Assembly: GCA_030704615.1 (NCBI GenBank)
Contig: CM060733.1
Span: forward strand, 57,660,001 to 57,724,000
DNA: 64,000 nt
From: Takakia lepidozioides
Taxonomy: Eukaryota; Plantae; Bryophyta
Direction: 5' to 3'
A model generated the notes under the pieces. That model ran no database searches and had not been told where the DNA came from. It worked only from the letters and a program-made list of their open reading frames with translations. This document shows, in pieces, positions 49,979 to 63,393 of the stretch. The stretch's first letter is position 1. The number at the start of each line of letters is the position of its first letter. The translations under genes were made by a program, and so were the position numbers.

Positions 49979-52900
49979 CACTACGCCAAATCATGGTTTT
50001 TTTTACTTTTTTATTTTAGAGTCATGGTTTTCTTGACTCAAACCATGACTCGATGTCGTCATGGTTCAAAAATGACATGGGTATGACCAAAAAGGGTGGT
50101 GTATACGCCTCTATATCGGTCAACATCGTTGACTGGGATAGAGTCATGATCATGGGTCACGCACATGACTCTAAACAATAATGCAGATGACTCTACATTT
50201 TTAGATTGGTGTAGTCAACTCCCTTTGACCAAGATAAGGTCATTTGCACGACTCTTATGAGAATCCATTGATGGATAATTTCATTACATGAATGAAATGT
50301 TGATTATTTTCATTCATCAATTGGATGATTTTATTACATGCAAGGATTTGGATGATTTCATCCACCTATTTCATTCACATGGGGACTTCGATACTTTTCA
50401 AGAACGCCCTCACTGTCACTCTTCTTCCCACTCCCAGAGCTTACTAGGGTGGCGATCGAGGGGATGCTCTGGTTAGTCAAGAAGAAAGGCTGCTGAGTAG
50501 TTAGGGTTTCGGACTCAGTGCAATGTCTAGAGAATTTATGTTGGAATGCTGCATGAAGTAGTTCTTGTTTTTAGTTTGCTGCAAATTGTGGAGGTCATAG
50601 CAGGCAGGCCAATGGATCCTATGATGACATGCTGCTTACTGAAGCTCACTAGCACCCCCTCAGTAAAGGACCTTGTCAGAATGTTGATGCTGTCGGATTT
50701 TCGAGCACAAACCTCTACCTTGGAGCACGGCGCAGAGCCGGCATGAGTTTTGCAAAGATCATTCACGATGGTGGGACAACCGCAATCGTTTTCCTTAATG
50801 TACGATGTGACGAAGTTTTGTCCCTCCTGCAAATGTGGGCTCTTGGCTCCTGTATGACTTGGTATTCTTCCTGATGTTTACAAGGTTCTTGGGAGAGTCG
50901 GCTTGGTCGTAGCAGGCCGTGTTTCAATCTCTGCCCGCTCAGCTGTACCGTGGTGGTTCTCACAGACCAATCCGATATTACCTGATCATAGACACAAGTA
51001 GCACACACAAGAGGTCCTCTTGGGTTCATGGTCAGTCAAATCCTCCGTGGGTCATGACACAAGGTCGAGGACAATGTGGTGAGGGCACCCTCTTCTTCGA
51101 CCTATTTCAGCCTGTTTTGCCCTCTCATCAGACTCGGCCCTGAATTTTCAAGACCAATTTTTTTTGGCGTTGTCCCTTCTTGAGGTGTCCGCCCTAGTGC
51201 AACAATTTAGACCTGGTTTCACGTTATCAAATCGCGTTCAGGCATTTTGTTGAACACTTGGTGTGCATCCACAATGCTCCCACACTTAGCATAATACACA
51301 GGCGGCCTGCTCCAATCACCACAGATCCACCCAACGAGCTAACTTACAGAATTCAATATGCAAATTCTATAGCACTGAATAACAGTGTTGGAAAGATTAA
51401 ACATTATGTTCTACTCGTTCTTGTATTTTTTTTCTCAGTTGGTCTATATTGTTTGTGATATGGAGAGCAGGTACGTGAAGGAGTGGGCAAACTGATGTGC
51501 GTAGTGGGTGCAAACCTTACCCTGAGTGTAACTTTGCATGAACAAGGCGACAGTGCAGACATGGCTGTGGAGGAAAGTGGAGTCTCTATGGAGGAAATTG
51601 TGAGAAGATGGAGCGCTGAGATGGTGGATGGTGCGACGACCTCTGTAGCTAAGATCCAAACATAGACTGGTGCAACACTGGGGGATACAGCACTGGCTGC
51701 TTTGGATGGCAGTGATGTGGGGAAACAGAGATTGAAGCTGCTTCTAAATGGATGGAGACGGTAATGACCAGAAATGGGTTTCTTCTATTGATGTGCCTCT
51801 TCTTGTCCCTGTGGGTATGGAATTCCAACTACTGGTCTGTGTGGTTTGGTTGCATGAATCAGGCACTCCACTTTTTAATTGCAAGTGTCAAGTCTGGCAG
51901 GGCAGTGTCTCTCAACAGAGTGGTTGTGGGGCTTCTTCATCCTATCCTCTCTGTGCAGGTGAGTCATTCATATCATTTGACTAGATTGGCAATTAGCCTG
52001 CAGGGTGTGTTTGGAGTTAGGTTTTGGACTCTGCTGCAGAAAGTCAGTGTGAGTTGTATGTTGAGTGCTTTACTTGCAGCTCAGTGGCAGTGGTCAACAT
52101 CCAAATTATTCTTAATGGACTGGATACTGTAGTATTAATGTTATCTGCTGGTTATTTAGATATGCAGCTGCTTCAGTGTGGCAATAGACAGCTCTGCAGA
52201 AGTCTCGCCTTTGCAGGTTGTTCAAAGAGGTGGTGGTGTGACATAAGGGTTATGTTTTGGAGAGAACAGGACACGTCAGACAAGGAGCTGGCTTCTAAGC
52301 TCAGCAGCGTTGAGAACGTCGCAACACTGGCGGTAGCCATAGCACCTTGGCAAGAGATCAGAAGTGCGGAAACTTGTGGTGTTGAAAAAGACGGCTTCCT
52401 GTACCCCAAGTCGGGGTGAGAAAATGCCAAAATCGCCGGGGTTGCAGACCAAGGTCGGGGAAGCCTTACATTCCGTCCCGCAAGTCGCAGCAGCACAATT
52501 AATAGAACCAGACACTGCTAATGAAGGTACCTTCTTCAACACATTTCAGCCTGTTTTTCCATGTTATCAGAGTCATCCTTAAATTTTCAGGTTGAATTCT
52601 GCAAGTTAGCTTGTTGGTGGATCTATGGTGGTTTTTGAGTGATTTTGACATGTTACTGCCAATGTGGCAACAGGAAAGTATCTAAAAACAGATAACAGAG
52701 ATGAGGAGAAGCTCTGGAATGAATCGATGAGCAGCAATGGCCCAGCTTGAGTGGGGTTCAGGTTAGAAGTGAGGGGTTTGCTATTATGTTCATCTTTCTG
52801 CACTTACGGCTGGGTCGAGTGTTTTCATGTGGCTGTCACAGAAGACTTTCTTCAGACCCGTACCTGAAGTAAGTCTTCAACTTTTGACATATGTTCCATT

Positions 52901-55161
52901 TTTCAGCTTTGCATCTGTTGTAAGTTGAGCATGGTTGCAGGCCCATCATGGGCATTTTCTAGTCAACAGCTCACCTATTGTGCATCTACGGATGTGGAAT
53001 TGAAACCTTGTTACAGAAAAAAGCCCAGGTGATTAGCTCTGTTGGTAATTTATGAAGATTATGTGAAAAACCACATTTACACAAGGGCAGAGAACATTTG
53101 GCATGATCTTTTGGTGGATTTTCTAGTTCCAGTACTATTCTTTAAGTTATTTTGGCTGCCATGAGCTATGTTCGTGCAGCATGTGGCCCCATTGGGAGTT
53201 CACACCACCATATTTTATATCTCAATGAGAGACACCATGCTGCACTTTGTTGACAGCTACAAATGTGTGTATGTAACTGGCACAGCTTGCATTCTGACAC
53301 TCTGTTTCTTATTGTGCTGGTAGCAGGAATGGGATTCGAGTATAGGAAGGGCTCTTGAACAGCAAAGAGTTCTTCATCTGAAGAATTTAGACCCAGAATT
53401 GGGCTCATTGGACATCATGGTACGCTCCAGTACACTTACTTCATTTGAATGTATGCAAGGAAGATAATTGTATTGGGTGAGAGCAGTTCCACAGGTCTGC
53501 AAGATATGAATTATCACTGATCACTTTCCAAGTGAGCTCCAGCCAGCCGTGGGGTTGTTATCTAAGGTACACATCCCAGTCTGCTCTTCTATGTGTATCA
53601 CATTCTAAAGGGGTTTGGTTGGCAGGACGCTCTTATTGACGTTTTGCAAACAAGTTTTGAGGCCCATTTAATTCCACCAGCTTCTTTCACCACCATTCAG
53701 TCTGGTATAGCTCTCCAACTGAACTCTATGCAGTCTGCTCAGTTCTCTTCCACTGAGTCGGTACTTGGTTTTTCTGAACTTTGGCTTAATTATATGAATT
53801 GCCATAGCAACCTGAAGCTGGAAATCTGCCTTACAGCATAGCAAGAGTCAACCTTAGTTTTGCCAAAGCAGGTTTATGGAACATGAATGACTATTCTGGA
53901 TGCTTCAACAAATGAGAACTATGATTATTTCTCTCTTTTAATGCGCACTCCCATTGGAATCTGCACTTGTTGTTGATCTGCTTATATATGTGTGCATTCA
54001 TGTGCAGGTCATGCGATCTTGATCTCTTGTAAAGAAGGAGGCAGAAGGTCTTGGGGGCAGAAGGAGGCATGCTATGGACAATCAGCGAGGAGGAAGGTGC
54101 TCAGTTTGTCACTTTTTGGATCCATATATGTGCAGTGGGTAGTTGGGCTACCGTTGAGAGATTAGATTCTTTCAAACAGTCAGGTTTTTTGTTGATCCTT
54201 TGGCATTGTGCATAGACTTTAACCACGGTGTCTTCCTATCATATTTTCCATCAATTGTTGAATCTTTTTGGCTCATGACACCGCGTATTTGTGCAAAATA
54301 ATATATTATCCATATTATAAATTATATATAAATGGTATTATATTTCAATACAGATAAACCTAATCAATTCAGTAAATATACAATACAAATTAAACCACTG
54401 TCTCCTGTTCTTTGAAAAATAAAATAAAATAAAATAAAAAATAAAGGTATATATTAAAAATTCCATCCAGTTAGAATTTTATATGTGGAGTAGAGATAGG
54501 TCAGGCCCATGACTCAACTAGGCACCAATAGCCATGCAAATCGTGACACGTGTCCAGTTATGCTCATGAACTCGAACCAATGAGGTCATGCTCATGACTC
54601 AAGTACCTTTCACATTTCAAATTCACACCATACACTATGCGCCACGTAGCCACTCAATGAGACTTGAGTCAGATCCACGACCACCTAAAGCTTAAAAATG
54701 GTCATGCTCATGACCAGGGTAGTTTCCCATTCCTACCTGAAACCATACAGAGAGCGCCACGTATCCGGGCGCGAACGCATCCACAGTCAAATCCATGACT
54801 CTCGAAAAGTTGCTAGATCCAACATGTGGTATTGCTCAACGTGAATACGTGGCTCGTTGTGGCATGCATGCGAGATAGCATCGTCCCTACACTTGTCATC
54901 ATCTGAAATTGACACATCGCAGTCCGGGGAGAGTCGTGTGTTACTAGAAAACAGTCACGGACGTGACGAAAAACAGGGTCATGTATCTTGCTCAGTAGGG
55001 GATGTCACCCAGAGTCATATTCACGACGCGGATATTAGAGTCATCGTAACAACACGGTCTGCATGATTCTTTGCAAAAGAGTAAAAAATGAGTCAAAATG
55101 ATCAAAAGAGTCATGAAAACAGTCAAAAAAAGTGTCATGAAACCCGTTTTTTGTACTAATG
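49979..55161. mobile_element. Nested non-autonomous CACTA element (5.2 kb)
   Basis: Starts CACTACGCCAAA and ends ...TTTTTGTACTAATG. TGT 3-bp TSD at 49976-49978 and 55162-55164. CATGAC/GTCATG subterminal repeats at both ends. A host short repeat (tgtctagtttagc..ttgtctagttttagttt) continues across the insertion. Confidence 0.82.
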
Positions 55162-55756
55162 TGTGTGGCTCTGTCTAGTTTAGCTTTTGTCTAGTTTTAG
55201 TTTAAGTTGTGTGTAGCTTTAGTTGTAGGGGAGTAAGCTGCCAGCATAGCAAGCAGTATGGCTGTAACCTGCTCATAGCTCGGTGTATCTCCGCTACCAC
55301 TCATCGTGCAGTATGCTTTGTTTGTGCAAGTGCCTACCGGGATTACGCAAGTCTCTGGCCACAGGGCATTGCACGTAAGATTAATCCACTGCCCCATGCA
55401 ATCTGCATTGGCTTATCGCCAACCCATTTGCGAGTGGTACTTGTGGAACCCAGTCCAATGTGTGGAGCATATGTTCCTGTGTGCAGGTACCTGGCCATTC
55501 ACAATCTGCGGCAGTTGAAGGGGCAACCACCGCACTACCTGTCAGCAAGACAACTCCCAAACCTCCAGTCCTTGACTGCCAGAATGGGGTAAAGGTTCCC
55601 TACCTACCTGCAATTTTCAAATTTGCACACATAGAGTTTGTGTAATCGTGCTTACACATATTCTTGGCGATGTTTGTTTGTTTCACATATGTATATGTTG
55701 TTGTTGCTTTGATTTTTGCCTGAAAGCTTGCTCATGTATCTTCTGGGGTTTTCGGG

Positions 55757-56029
55757 GTGGATGGCAGTGTGGGTGACCAAGTCCGGCTTATTGACACGGT
55801 TTTGAGCGCAACAACAACATCTGGCCACATTGTTGGTCTACAAGGCTCTTCAGCGAGTGCCAGATACCCTATGGTGCCTGAGGGGTATGTGGCCATCATG
55901 ATCACACAGGTGACACTTACCAATGCCCCTCTACCGTATCACAACAAGTCCATGAAGCCAGCACACACAGAGTTGGGAGACACTCTAGATCACGTTACAG
56001 TTTGGAGTGACAAGTTTGTGAAAATCTAG
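55757..56029 (+). CDS. C-terminal exon of the CACTA second gene (Tnp1/TnpA-like domain)
   Basis: VPEGYVAIMITQV...APLPY...ELGDTLDHVTVWSDKFVKI fits the En/Spm Tnp1-like C-terminal pattern. Confidence 0.6.
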   Translation: MDGSVGDQVRLIDTVLSATTTSGHIVGLQGSSASARYPMVPEGYVAIMITQVTLTNAPLPYHNKSMKPAHTELGDTLDHVTVWSDKFVKI

Positions 56030-56379
56030 AAAGTGAATTGATGAGCGTTTGACTGCCCCAATATTTGAGTGCATCATCTGCCATGTGTTAGGATTTGCAC
56101 CAGTCCGAGAGATGCCAGTGTATACATCTTATGCTCAGGCATTTGGAAGTCTACTTAGACTTTGCAGCTTTGTGCATTTTTGTAGCGGCACCGGATTAGA
56201 TTATGGAAATGATCTCAGATCATTAACTCACGTTGTATTTGAACTAATGTTCCAATTTGAAGTGTGCTTTCATGTTTCAATGGTGTTTTTGTGTGCTTTG
56301 AATGATGCTTTATGTTTCAATGCTGCTAGAGTTAGGCCCAGGACTACGCTCATGTATAGGACTACCTCCCATCCATAGA

Positions 56380-57123
56380 GCCTCCGGCACGTGCCACTTT
56401 AACCCCCCCGTGTTCGCCCATACGCGTGCCACGTGCTATATCCAGACTCCATAGAGCACCATGGAAGTCATATGTTCCAATCATAACGACCACCCCCACC
56501 CTGCGTAATTTGACTCCACGTGTGGACCTGGCATTAAACGTCCGAAGTCATACATGCCAGTCACGAAAGCCCCTCCCAAAGCCCATTGTCCTGGCATGTG
56601 TCATGTCCCATTTGCGCCACGTGTGGCACTGGGGTTGTCGGCGGGAGTCATACATGCCAGTCTTGGAAGACCCCCTCTCCCTCACCCTTTCACGCCACGC
56701 GTCATGTCCAGTCTAATCCACGTGTTGTCCTGGGGGTTAATCTGCGGAAGTCACCCTGTCGTGCCACGTGTCGTTCCCGGTATTCTCCACGTGTTGTCAT
56801 GGGATTAATCCTCCAAAGTCGTATATGCCAGTCGTGAAGACCTTGTCACCTTCCTTTTGTCGTGACACGTGGCATATCCCTTCCGTTCCACGTGAAGCTG
56901 ACATGGATTCGCAGTCAATTATTACGGTCTTATCAATGACTATGATTAGGCGTCCCCGTTGCCACGTCAACAGTGAGCTCCACGACTGGCATATACGACT
57001 CTATGGCGCTTACGACTCATTTGTCACAACTGACTGGGTTTATCTGACTGGGCAGTCATGCAGTCATAAAAGGCTGATACGACTGGAAATTAGCAGACGT
57101 AAAAGCCGGATTTTCTACTAGTG
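56380..57123. mobile_element. Right end of the large CACTA element (subterminal repeats and TIR)
   Basis: Ends GCCGGATTTTCTACTAGTG (CACTA on the minus strand); dense CCACGTG, AGTCAT and CGACT repeats. Confidence 0.85.
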
Positions 57124-57197
57124 ATACCATGCTGTAGTTCTCTTTATGCGATAGATTCCGTGTCAATGGGTCTCGACGTCCCCTGCAACGGCTCCAT

Positions 57198-58650
57198 GTG
57201 TTACTTATGGAAGTTCAAAATGACGATTTGACATTGTTCTTGCATTGGCTACTGAGAAGGTTCTTTGTTATAGTTTGGAACACTAGTCCTGAAAATAATG
57301 TTGTAACTTTAACTAAAGCAATATTTGGAAAGGACTTTGATAGGGTAAGGACGTACATCAGTAAAAATTGCGTTAAGCATCGGTTAACCTTCGCGGTGAA
57401 ATGGGACAATTTTCCACATTCCCCGATATATCTAAAGAGGTTATATGGTATATTTTCAGAGGAAAAGCCCAATGTCTATAGGTCAAACCCTTTAATCTTC
57501 GAGATTGCGTGTACAAGTCATACTAAAATCCCATAGCTTTGGTTGTGTTTCTAGATAAGTTTGAGGCTACAAAATGATCTTTCTCGAGACAATTTCTTCA
57601 TTGGAGAATTCAAGCCATTCTTGAGGAACCTTTGAAGGTCTGGGTTGGATGCTTGTGTTTATAACAAGCATAACTGGATCGGGCTCTCAGAATCAATATA
57701 CTGGAGCGATCCTCAACTTAAGTTCTTGAAGTTGTGGGTTTTCAAGTGGCCGAAGCCGAACGAGTTTGATGAATGGATAAAGAATCAGCTAAAGGCAAGG
57801 GCGGATGCTACGAAGGCTATTTCACGAAATAGACGTCTCCAAATTTGAAATTACATGTACAATGTCCCCATGTGATTTCATTCTTTTTGTGCATTTTCTT
57901 CTGATGCGATGAATTGTTGTTGAATATTCTATATTAACCTAAGCTTCTCACTAACTTGTTTATTTGGGGTTTCACCTTTCATCAGAATGAGCCTCAGCGA
58001 CCACTTGACGAAGTGCAAAGTATCCCGAAAAGAAAACTGATTGTATTTGACCTGAATGGTGTGCTTTGCCACACTAAGAGATTCGAGGATAGTGGTCACC
58101 ACACGAAAGAAAATTCCAAGGCGAAAAATGATTTCAGATATTCCCTAGTTATTGGCAATAGGATGGTATACCGACGCGAGCGCTATGATAAATTATGGCG
58201 TTCTCTGAGTGATTCCTTCGATCTAGCTATCTGGAGTTGTATGATGCCCCAGAACCTCATGCCAATTGTCAAGAGGCTTTTTGAAGGTTTGCCACAGCCT
58301 GTTTTTGTTCTGTCGCAGGACGATTGCATTGTTTGTTCAGCCGATATTGCTCCCAGAAACTTCAACGCAACAAAAGGTTCTACAGAACCTTCTCGCCCCT
58401 TTTTTCTGAAGCCTCTTAGGAGAGCGTGGGACAAATACAAAGGTTGATATGATGAGGAAAACACTCTCCTTGTTGATGATAGCCCATACAAGTGTGTCAT
58501 CAATCCTGTGGGGTCATGCATTTACCCTCCACCCTTCGAAACATTTGCAAAGGACAAATGTTTGCTTTGAAAGCTTGAGAAATACCTCCTTGGATTGTTG
58601 GAAGCTCCGTCTATGGCGAAATATGTTGACCTAAGGTCGAAGTAGTGTGA
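57198..58650 (+). pseudogene. FCP1/SCP-like HAD phosphatase gene remnant, apparently two tandem domains
   Basis: Second domain: RKLIVFDLNGVLCH...FDLAIWSCM...PFFLKPL...(stop 58445-58447)...YDEENTLLVDDSPYK..INP. The first domain is degenerate (LFLHWLLRRFFVIVWN...PIYLKRL). Confidence 0.75.
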
Positions 58651-59124
58651 TTTTATATCTTTTGTTTTGCATATGCTCTTCACCAGATGAGTAGTGGTTT
58701 CAAGTTCATATCTCACAATTGATATTGATCCTACCATCGTTTTTTTGCATTGGATTTTATCAGCCTGAAATTGATATTTCTTCAGCTGCAAGCGAGTTGA
58801 CATTCATCCAATGTCCGGGGCATCTCGTAGTGGTACATCGTTGCGTGGCATATATTCTGTCGTCGCCAAAGGAGGAAATCACTTGATTTTGACCCCCCCG
58901 CATAGTCATGTACTAGACTCTGTCTCATTCTGTGACACTCCAAAGGAGGCTGAATCCATTCAAATCAACTCCAATGTGGTAATGAAGAGATCATCAATCA
59001 TACTATATCCTTATCCATCCGGAGATGGTAAATTCCATCTTAGCGGGGGAAGGACTTCATCGAATGTTTCCCCACAGTGTCACGACTCATCAACAATAGA
59101 CTGGTATCATCATCTCATTGTTTT

Positions 59125-60790
59125 ACAAATATTCGATAGATTTATTGCAAGCCATGGAGGAATTAAAGGAGAATATGTTCCCAACTTTTACAGCCTAGAC
59201 ATGGAACTCCAAAGTTGTCATGGTCATATATTTCCACATGACGTGCCTTCTGAAGTGGGCATAGAGGTATTCAGGTCCAACCGGTCTGTAATGAATTCTC
59301 ATGTAGGTCTTGTACGTGAGGTTTCCACGTCTTATTTTCTAATAAGTACTAGTACGCAAGTTTGGACCATGATTGTTACATAATATCATTAATACCGTCA
59401 TGAAAATGAAGTCTACTAGAACTTGGCATGGCAAGAGGTTTACATAGGACGGTGACAACATCCTTCCTAAAGAGAACAACCAACTTCCCTTGGATAGCAA
59501 GGTACTCTTGTTTGAGTAAACTTAGGTATCTGTTACATGAGATAATTGGAGGTCTCTTCTTTATTTAGAGAAGATATGGCCATTATCTAGTTATGCTATA
59601 AACAACTTGAGTTCATCGTTGATACACTTAGAACAATGTACGCATTGTATTTCTTTTCATTGTTTCAGTCTCAGGTGTGCATACATGACTGTCTGCAAGC
59701 TGGCATGGAGGAAATAAAAGAGAATCTGGTCCCAACTTTCACACAGGACATGGAACACCAAAGGTGTCATGGTCATATATTTCCACGGGAGGTGGCTTCT
59801 GAAGTGGGCATAGAGGTATTCAAGTCCAACTGGTCTGTATTGAATTCTCATGTAGGTCTTGTACGTGAGGTTCTAACGTATTATTTTCTGATAAACTAGT
59901 TCTATGCAAGCCTGAACCATGATTGTTGGATAATATCACTATCATTATCATGAGAGTGAAGTGTAGTAGGACTTGGCATGGCAAGAGGTTTACATAGGAC
60001 AGTGACCACATCCTCCCTAAGATAACAACCACCTCACTTTGTAATGTAAAGGATACCCAAGTTCACTCAAAAGCTTCCTTTGGATAGCAAGATATAATTG
60101 TTTGAGTGAACTTAGGTATCTTTTACATGCTCGATAATGGGAGGTCCATTCTTTATTTAGAGAAGATATGGCCATTATCTAGTTATATATTGCTATAAAC
60201 ATCTTGAGTTCATCGTTGATACACTTAGAACAATGTATGAAGTGTGTTCCTTTTTATTGTTTCAGTTTTTAGGTGTGCATATATGACTGTCTGCAGGCTA
60301 GCATGGAGGAATTAAAAGAGAACCTGGTCCCAACTTTCACAGAGAACATGGAACACCAAAGTTGTCATGGTCATATATTTCCACATAATGAGGTGGCTTC
60401 TGAAGTGGGCATAGAGGTATTCAAGTCCAAGTGGTCTGTATTGAATTCTCATGTAGGTCTTGTACGTGAGGTTTCCACGTATTGTTTTATGATAAGTTCT
60501 ATGCATGTCTGGATTATTGTTAGATAATATCACTATCATTGTCATGAAAGTGAAATGTAGTAGGACTTGGCATGGCAAGAGGTTTACATAGACAGTGACC
60601 ACATCCTCCCTAAGAGAACAACCACCTCACTTTGTAATATAAAGGATACCCAAGTTCACTCAAAAGCTTCCCTTGGATAGCAATGTACTCTTGTTTGAGT
60701 GAACTTAGGTATCTTTTACATGAGATAGTGGGAGGTCTGTTATTTATTTAAAAAAGATAGGATATTATCTTGTGCTATAAACATATCGAG
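59125..60790. repeat. Tandem triplication of a ~550-600-bp unit
   Basis: Anchor TGGTCATATATTTCCAC at 59221, 59770 and 60368. Each unit encodes CHGHIFP..VASEVGIEVF.SN.SVLNSHVGLVRE on the plus strand. Confidence 0.92.
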
Positions 60791-61613
60791 TTCATAAGTT
60801 GGTCTACTCAATCTCACTATTGGAGTGTACGAAGTTCAATCCCCAAAGTTTATATTCCCATTGATCTATCAAACAGACAATTGCGGTTCAAATTGACATG
60901 TATACAATGATGCTTCACTATATATTGACCATGAACGATTTTGAAGACCTGTCGAGTCTCCCTTGCTCCGATGAGAGGAAGACTTCTGGTCATGTTATCG
61001 ATATGGACGTGGAGAGCTTTCGTAGTGATGGATTGCAACGTACTTTTGATTCTATTCTTGATTTGGACTTAAAGTGACACTCTCCAAGTCATGCTGAAGT
61101 CAAGGTAAATGAATCTAATCATTCTTTGATTAGACGATATAGGTCGAGTCATCTGCTCAATATCTTTCAGAGAGTATGTGCCACATCTCCCACTAGTCCA
61201 TGATCATCATCTTATGTTTACTTCATTTTGGACCCGGGTCCAAAAATATCCACATGTCTTGTCTCTAACTTGTACATCTCATGCATTTCACAGGTTGTTC
61301 TACTCTCGGATCAATCTTTGGAGGTTAAAGAGACAGTGTCAGTTGACACTGTTCTTCCGCAATCGACAATGATTGCTCCGTTGTTGGAATCATCTGTGGA
61401 GGTTGTACAAGCGGTGCCCTTTGTTACCGGTCTTCCGCGATCGTCAATGGTTGCTCCAATTTTAGACAACAATGTTATCTCTACTTCTTACAATCGACAA
61501 AAGATCTCGGAGGTGCTATATTTAAAATTGTTTTAGAATTCCCTGTTGGCACACAATGTGTCCCAACAATAATCCTGAATTCACACAAATTGTACATTTT
61601 TTCGGATTGAGAC

Positions 61614-61825
61614 TTACTCTATGTTTCTGCAGGCTTGTAGGCAAAGTTTTAACTGTGCCAAGTGTTTGGATTTATGTCCGAATTCATTGAAATCATCCAA
61701 AAATACCTGCATAAAATCGTTGAGATAATTTTTGAATATCTCAGATACTGCTCGTTGAAATGTGGCTGGTGCGTTGCAAAGTCCAAATGGCATGACTTTG
61801 TAAGCATAGGCTCCCCATTCAGTGA
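61614..61825 (-). pseudogene. Ty3/Gypsy reverse transcriptase core fragment
   Basis: WGAYAYKVMPFGLCNAPATFQR...MQVFLDDF...HLAQLKLCL. Confidence 0.9.
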
Positions 61826-62412
61826 TGAATTGGATCCAAAGAAAGTGGAGGTTATCCAGAAAATACCACCACCAGAAAATCCCAAGAAACTCAAGAGATT
61901 TCTGGGACAGACAAGCTATTACAGAAGGTACATGGACAAATATGCTCACAGAGCGGCACCACTCTATAGACTGCTGAAGCAAGATGACGAATATCGATGG
62001 TCTCTAGCTTGCCAGGAATTTGATTCACTTAAAAGGGCACTCACAGCAGCACCAATTCTGATAAATCCAAGATGGGATTTACCATTTCATGTACACAGTG
62101 ATGCATCAGGCATTGCTTTAGGGGCAGTTCTATCTCAGAATGTGACGGGCACAATAGATTCACCAATCTATTATGCAAGCAGATTGTTGACAGCAGCCGA
62201 GAAGAACTATAGCACCACAGAAAGGGAAGCATTGGCAATGATTTATGTTGTTCAAAAGTTTCGGCATTATTTATTTGGCAATCGCTTTAAGTTTAGTGTT
62301 GATCATCAGGCTCTAGTTCATTTAGCAAATCGACCACTAGCTAGTGGCAGGGTTGCTCGATGGTTATTACTTCTTCATGAGTATGATTTTGAAGTTGTTC
62401 ATAAACAAGGTC
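61826..62412 (+). pseudogene. Ty3/Gypsy RT thumb and RNase H fragment
   Basis: DPKKVEVI...LKRFLGQTSYYRRY...PFHVHSDASGIALGAVLSQ...YYASR...EKNYSTTEREALA...DHQAL...RVARWLLLLHEYDF. Confidence 0.93.
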
Positions 62413-62580
62413 CCGTATTTATTTGCGGCCATGTGGTATACAAAGTTGATTTTATTGCGACCGGTGGATTGACAAACTGCCACTGCGAGACAGCGTACTA
62501 GACTATACATGTTCTTTGATATCCCAGACTTGTATATACGTTAAGGGCAGGACATCATACGGTTTGATGGAAACGACGAG

Positions 62581-63393
62581 GTGGAAGAAGGAGGAAAGGC
62601 GGATGGAAACGACGATGTGGAAGAAGGAGCAGACCAACCTTCAGATTATACGCCGCAACAGGTCTCCGCAGTCGGGCCTTCAACGTCTGAGGTGGAGGGG
62701 GGCGAGGTACGCTCTCCGTTGGAGGAACAGTTGGCCGCACATGAACAGCACATCAAAGACCTGCAGGACATTGTTCATTTGCAACGGTGGCAAATAGCGA
62801 AGTTGCTGGAAAGAATGAGGTTGGGGACTCTTGACAGCGTACGTGGTGTGCTTCAGGACCCGAGGCCAATCACCAACGAGCAAGACATATTGGCGCGTTT
62901 GAATATGCCACCAATGGACATTGACCGCGTCATCGACGGGGTTGACTCAATCGGGCATGGGAATGAAGTGCAAACATCTGAACTGGACCCGGCGAGGGTT
63001 GAGGAAGAAAGACTTGCGGCGGAGAGGGCAAGAAAAAGGAAGGACCCCATAGTGGAAACAGGGGAATGTTCAGCCGTGCAAATTACATCGGCCCAAGAAC
63101 AGGAATTAGAGCAACTTGTGGGGGAACGCGAGCAAGCTAGGGCTGTTGCATATCGGTACTCAAATGCCATGGAAATCCGATCGTGGCCATGGTTGAAGGG
63201 GAATTGGCGGAATTGGGTGACATGGGCGGGCCATCTAGCATCGCGGGAAACACGGATAGAAGAAGCGTTGTCCTTCCTCCAACGTGCAACACGTTTGTCA
63301 AATCGAAGCGTAGATAGCATCTATGCTAATTTGCAAAAGCACGACATTGTGCATGATGTATTCACGTCGAAGTACACTGGATTCACCACATAG
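62581..63393 (+). CDS. Unknown 270-aa acidic, coiled-coil-rich ORF, probably a retroelement accessory region
   Basis: Long ORF with protein-like composition next to Gypsy remnants; no motif recognised. Confidence 0.35.
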   Translation: MEEGGKADGNDDVEEGADQPSDYTPQQVSAVGPSTSEVEGGEVRSPLEEQLAAHEQHIKDLQDIVHLQRWQIAKLLERMRLGTLDSVRGVLQDPRPITNEQDILARLNMPPMDIDRVIDGVDSIGHGNEVQTSELDPARVEEERLAAERARKRKDPIVETGECSAVQITSAQEQELEQLVGEREQARAVAYRYSNAMEIRSWPWLKGNWRNWVTWAGHLASRETRIEEALSFLQRATRLSNRSVDSIYANLQKHDIVHDVFTSKYTGFTT

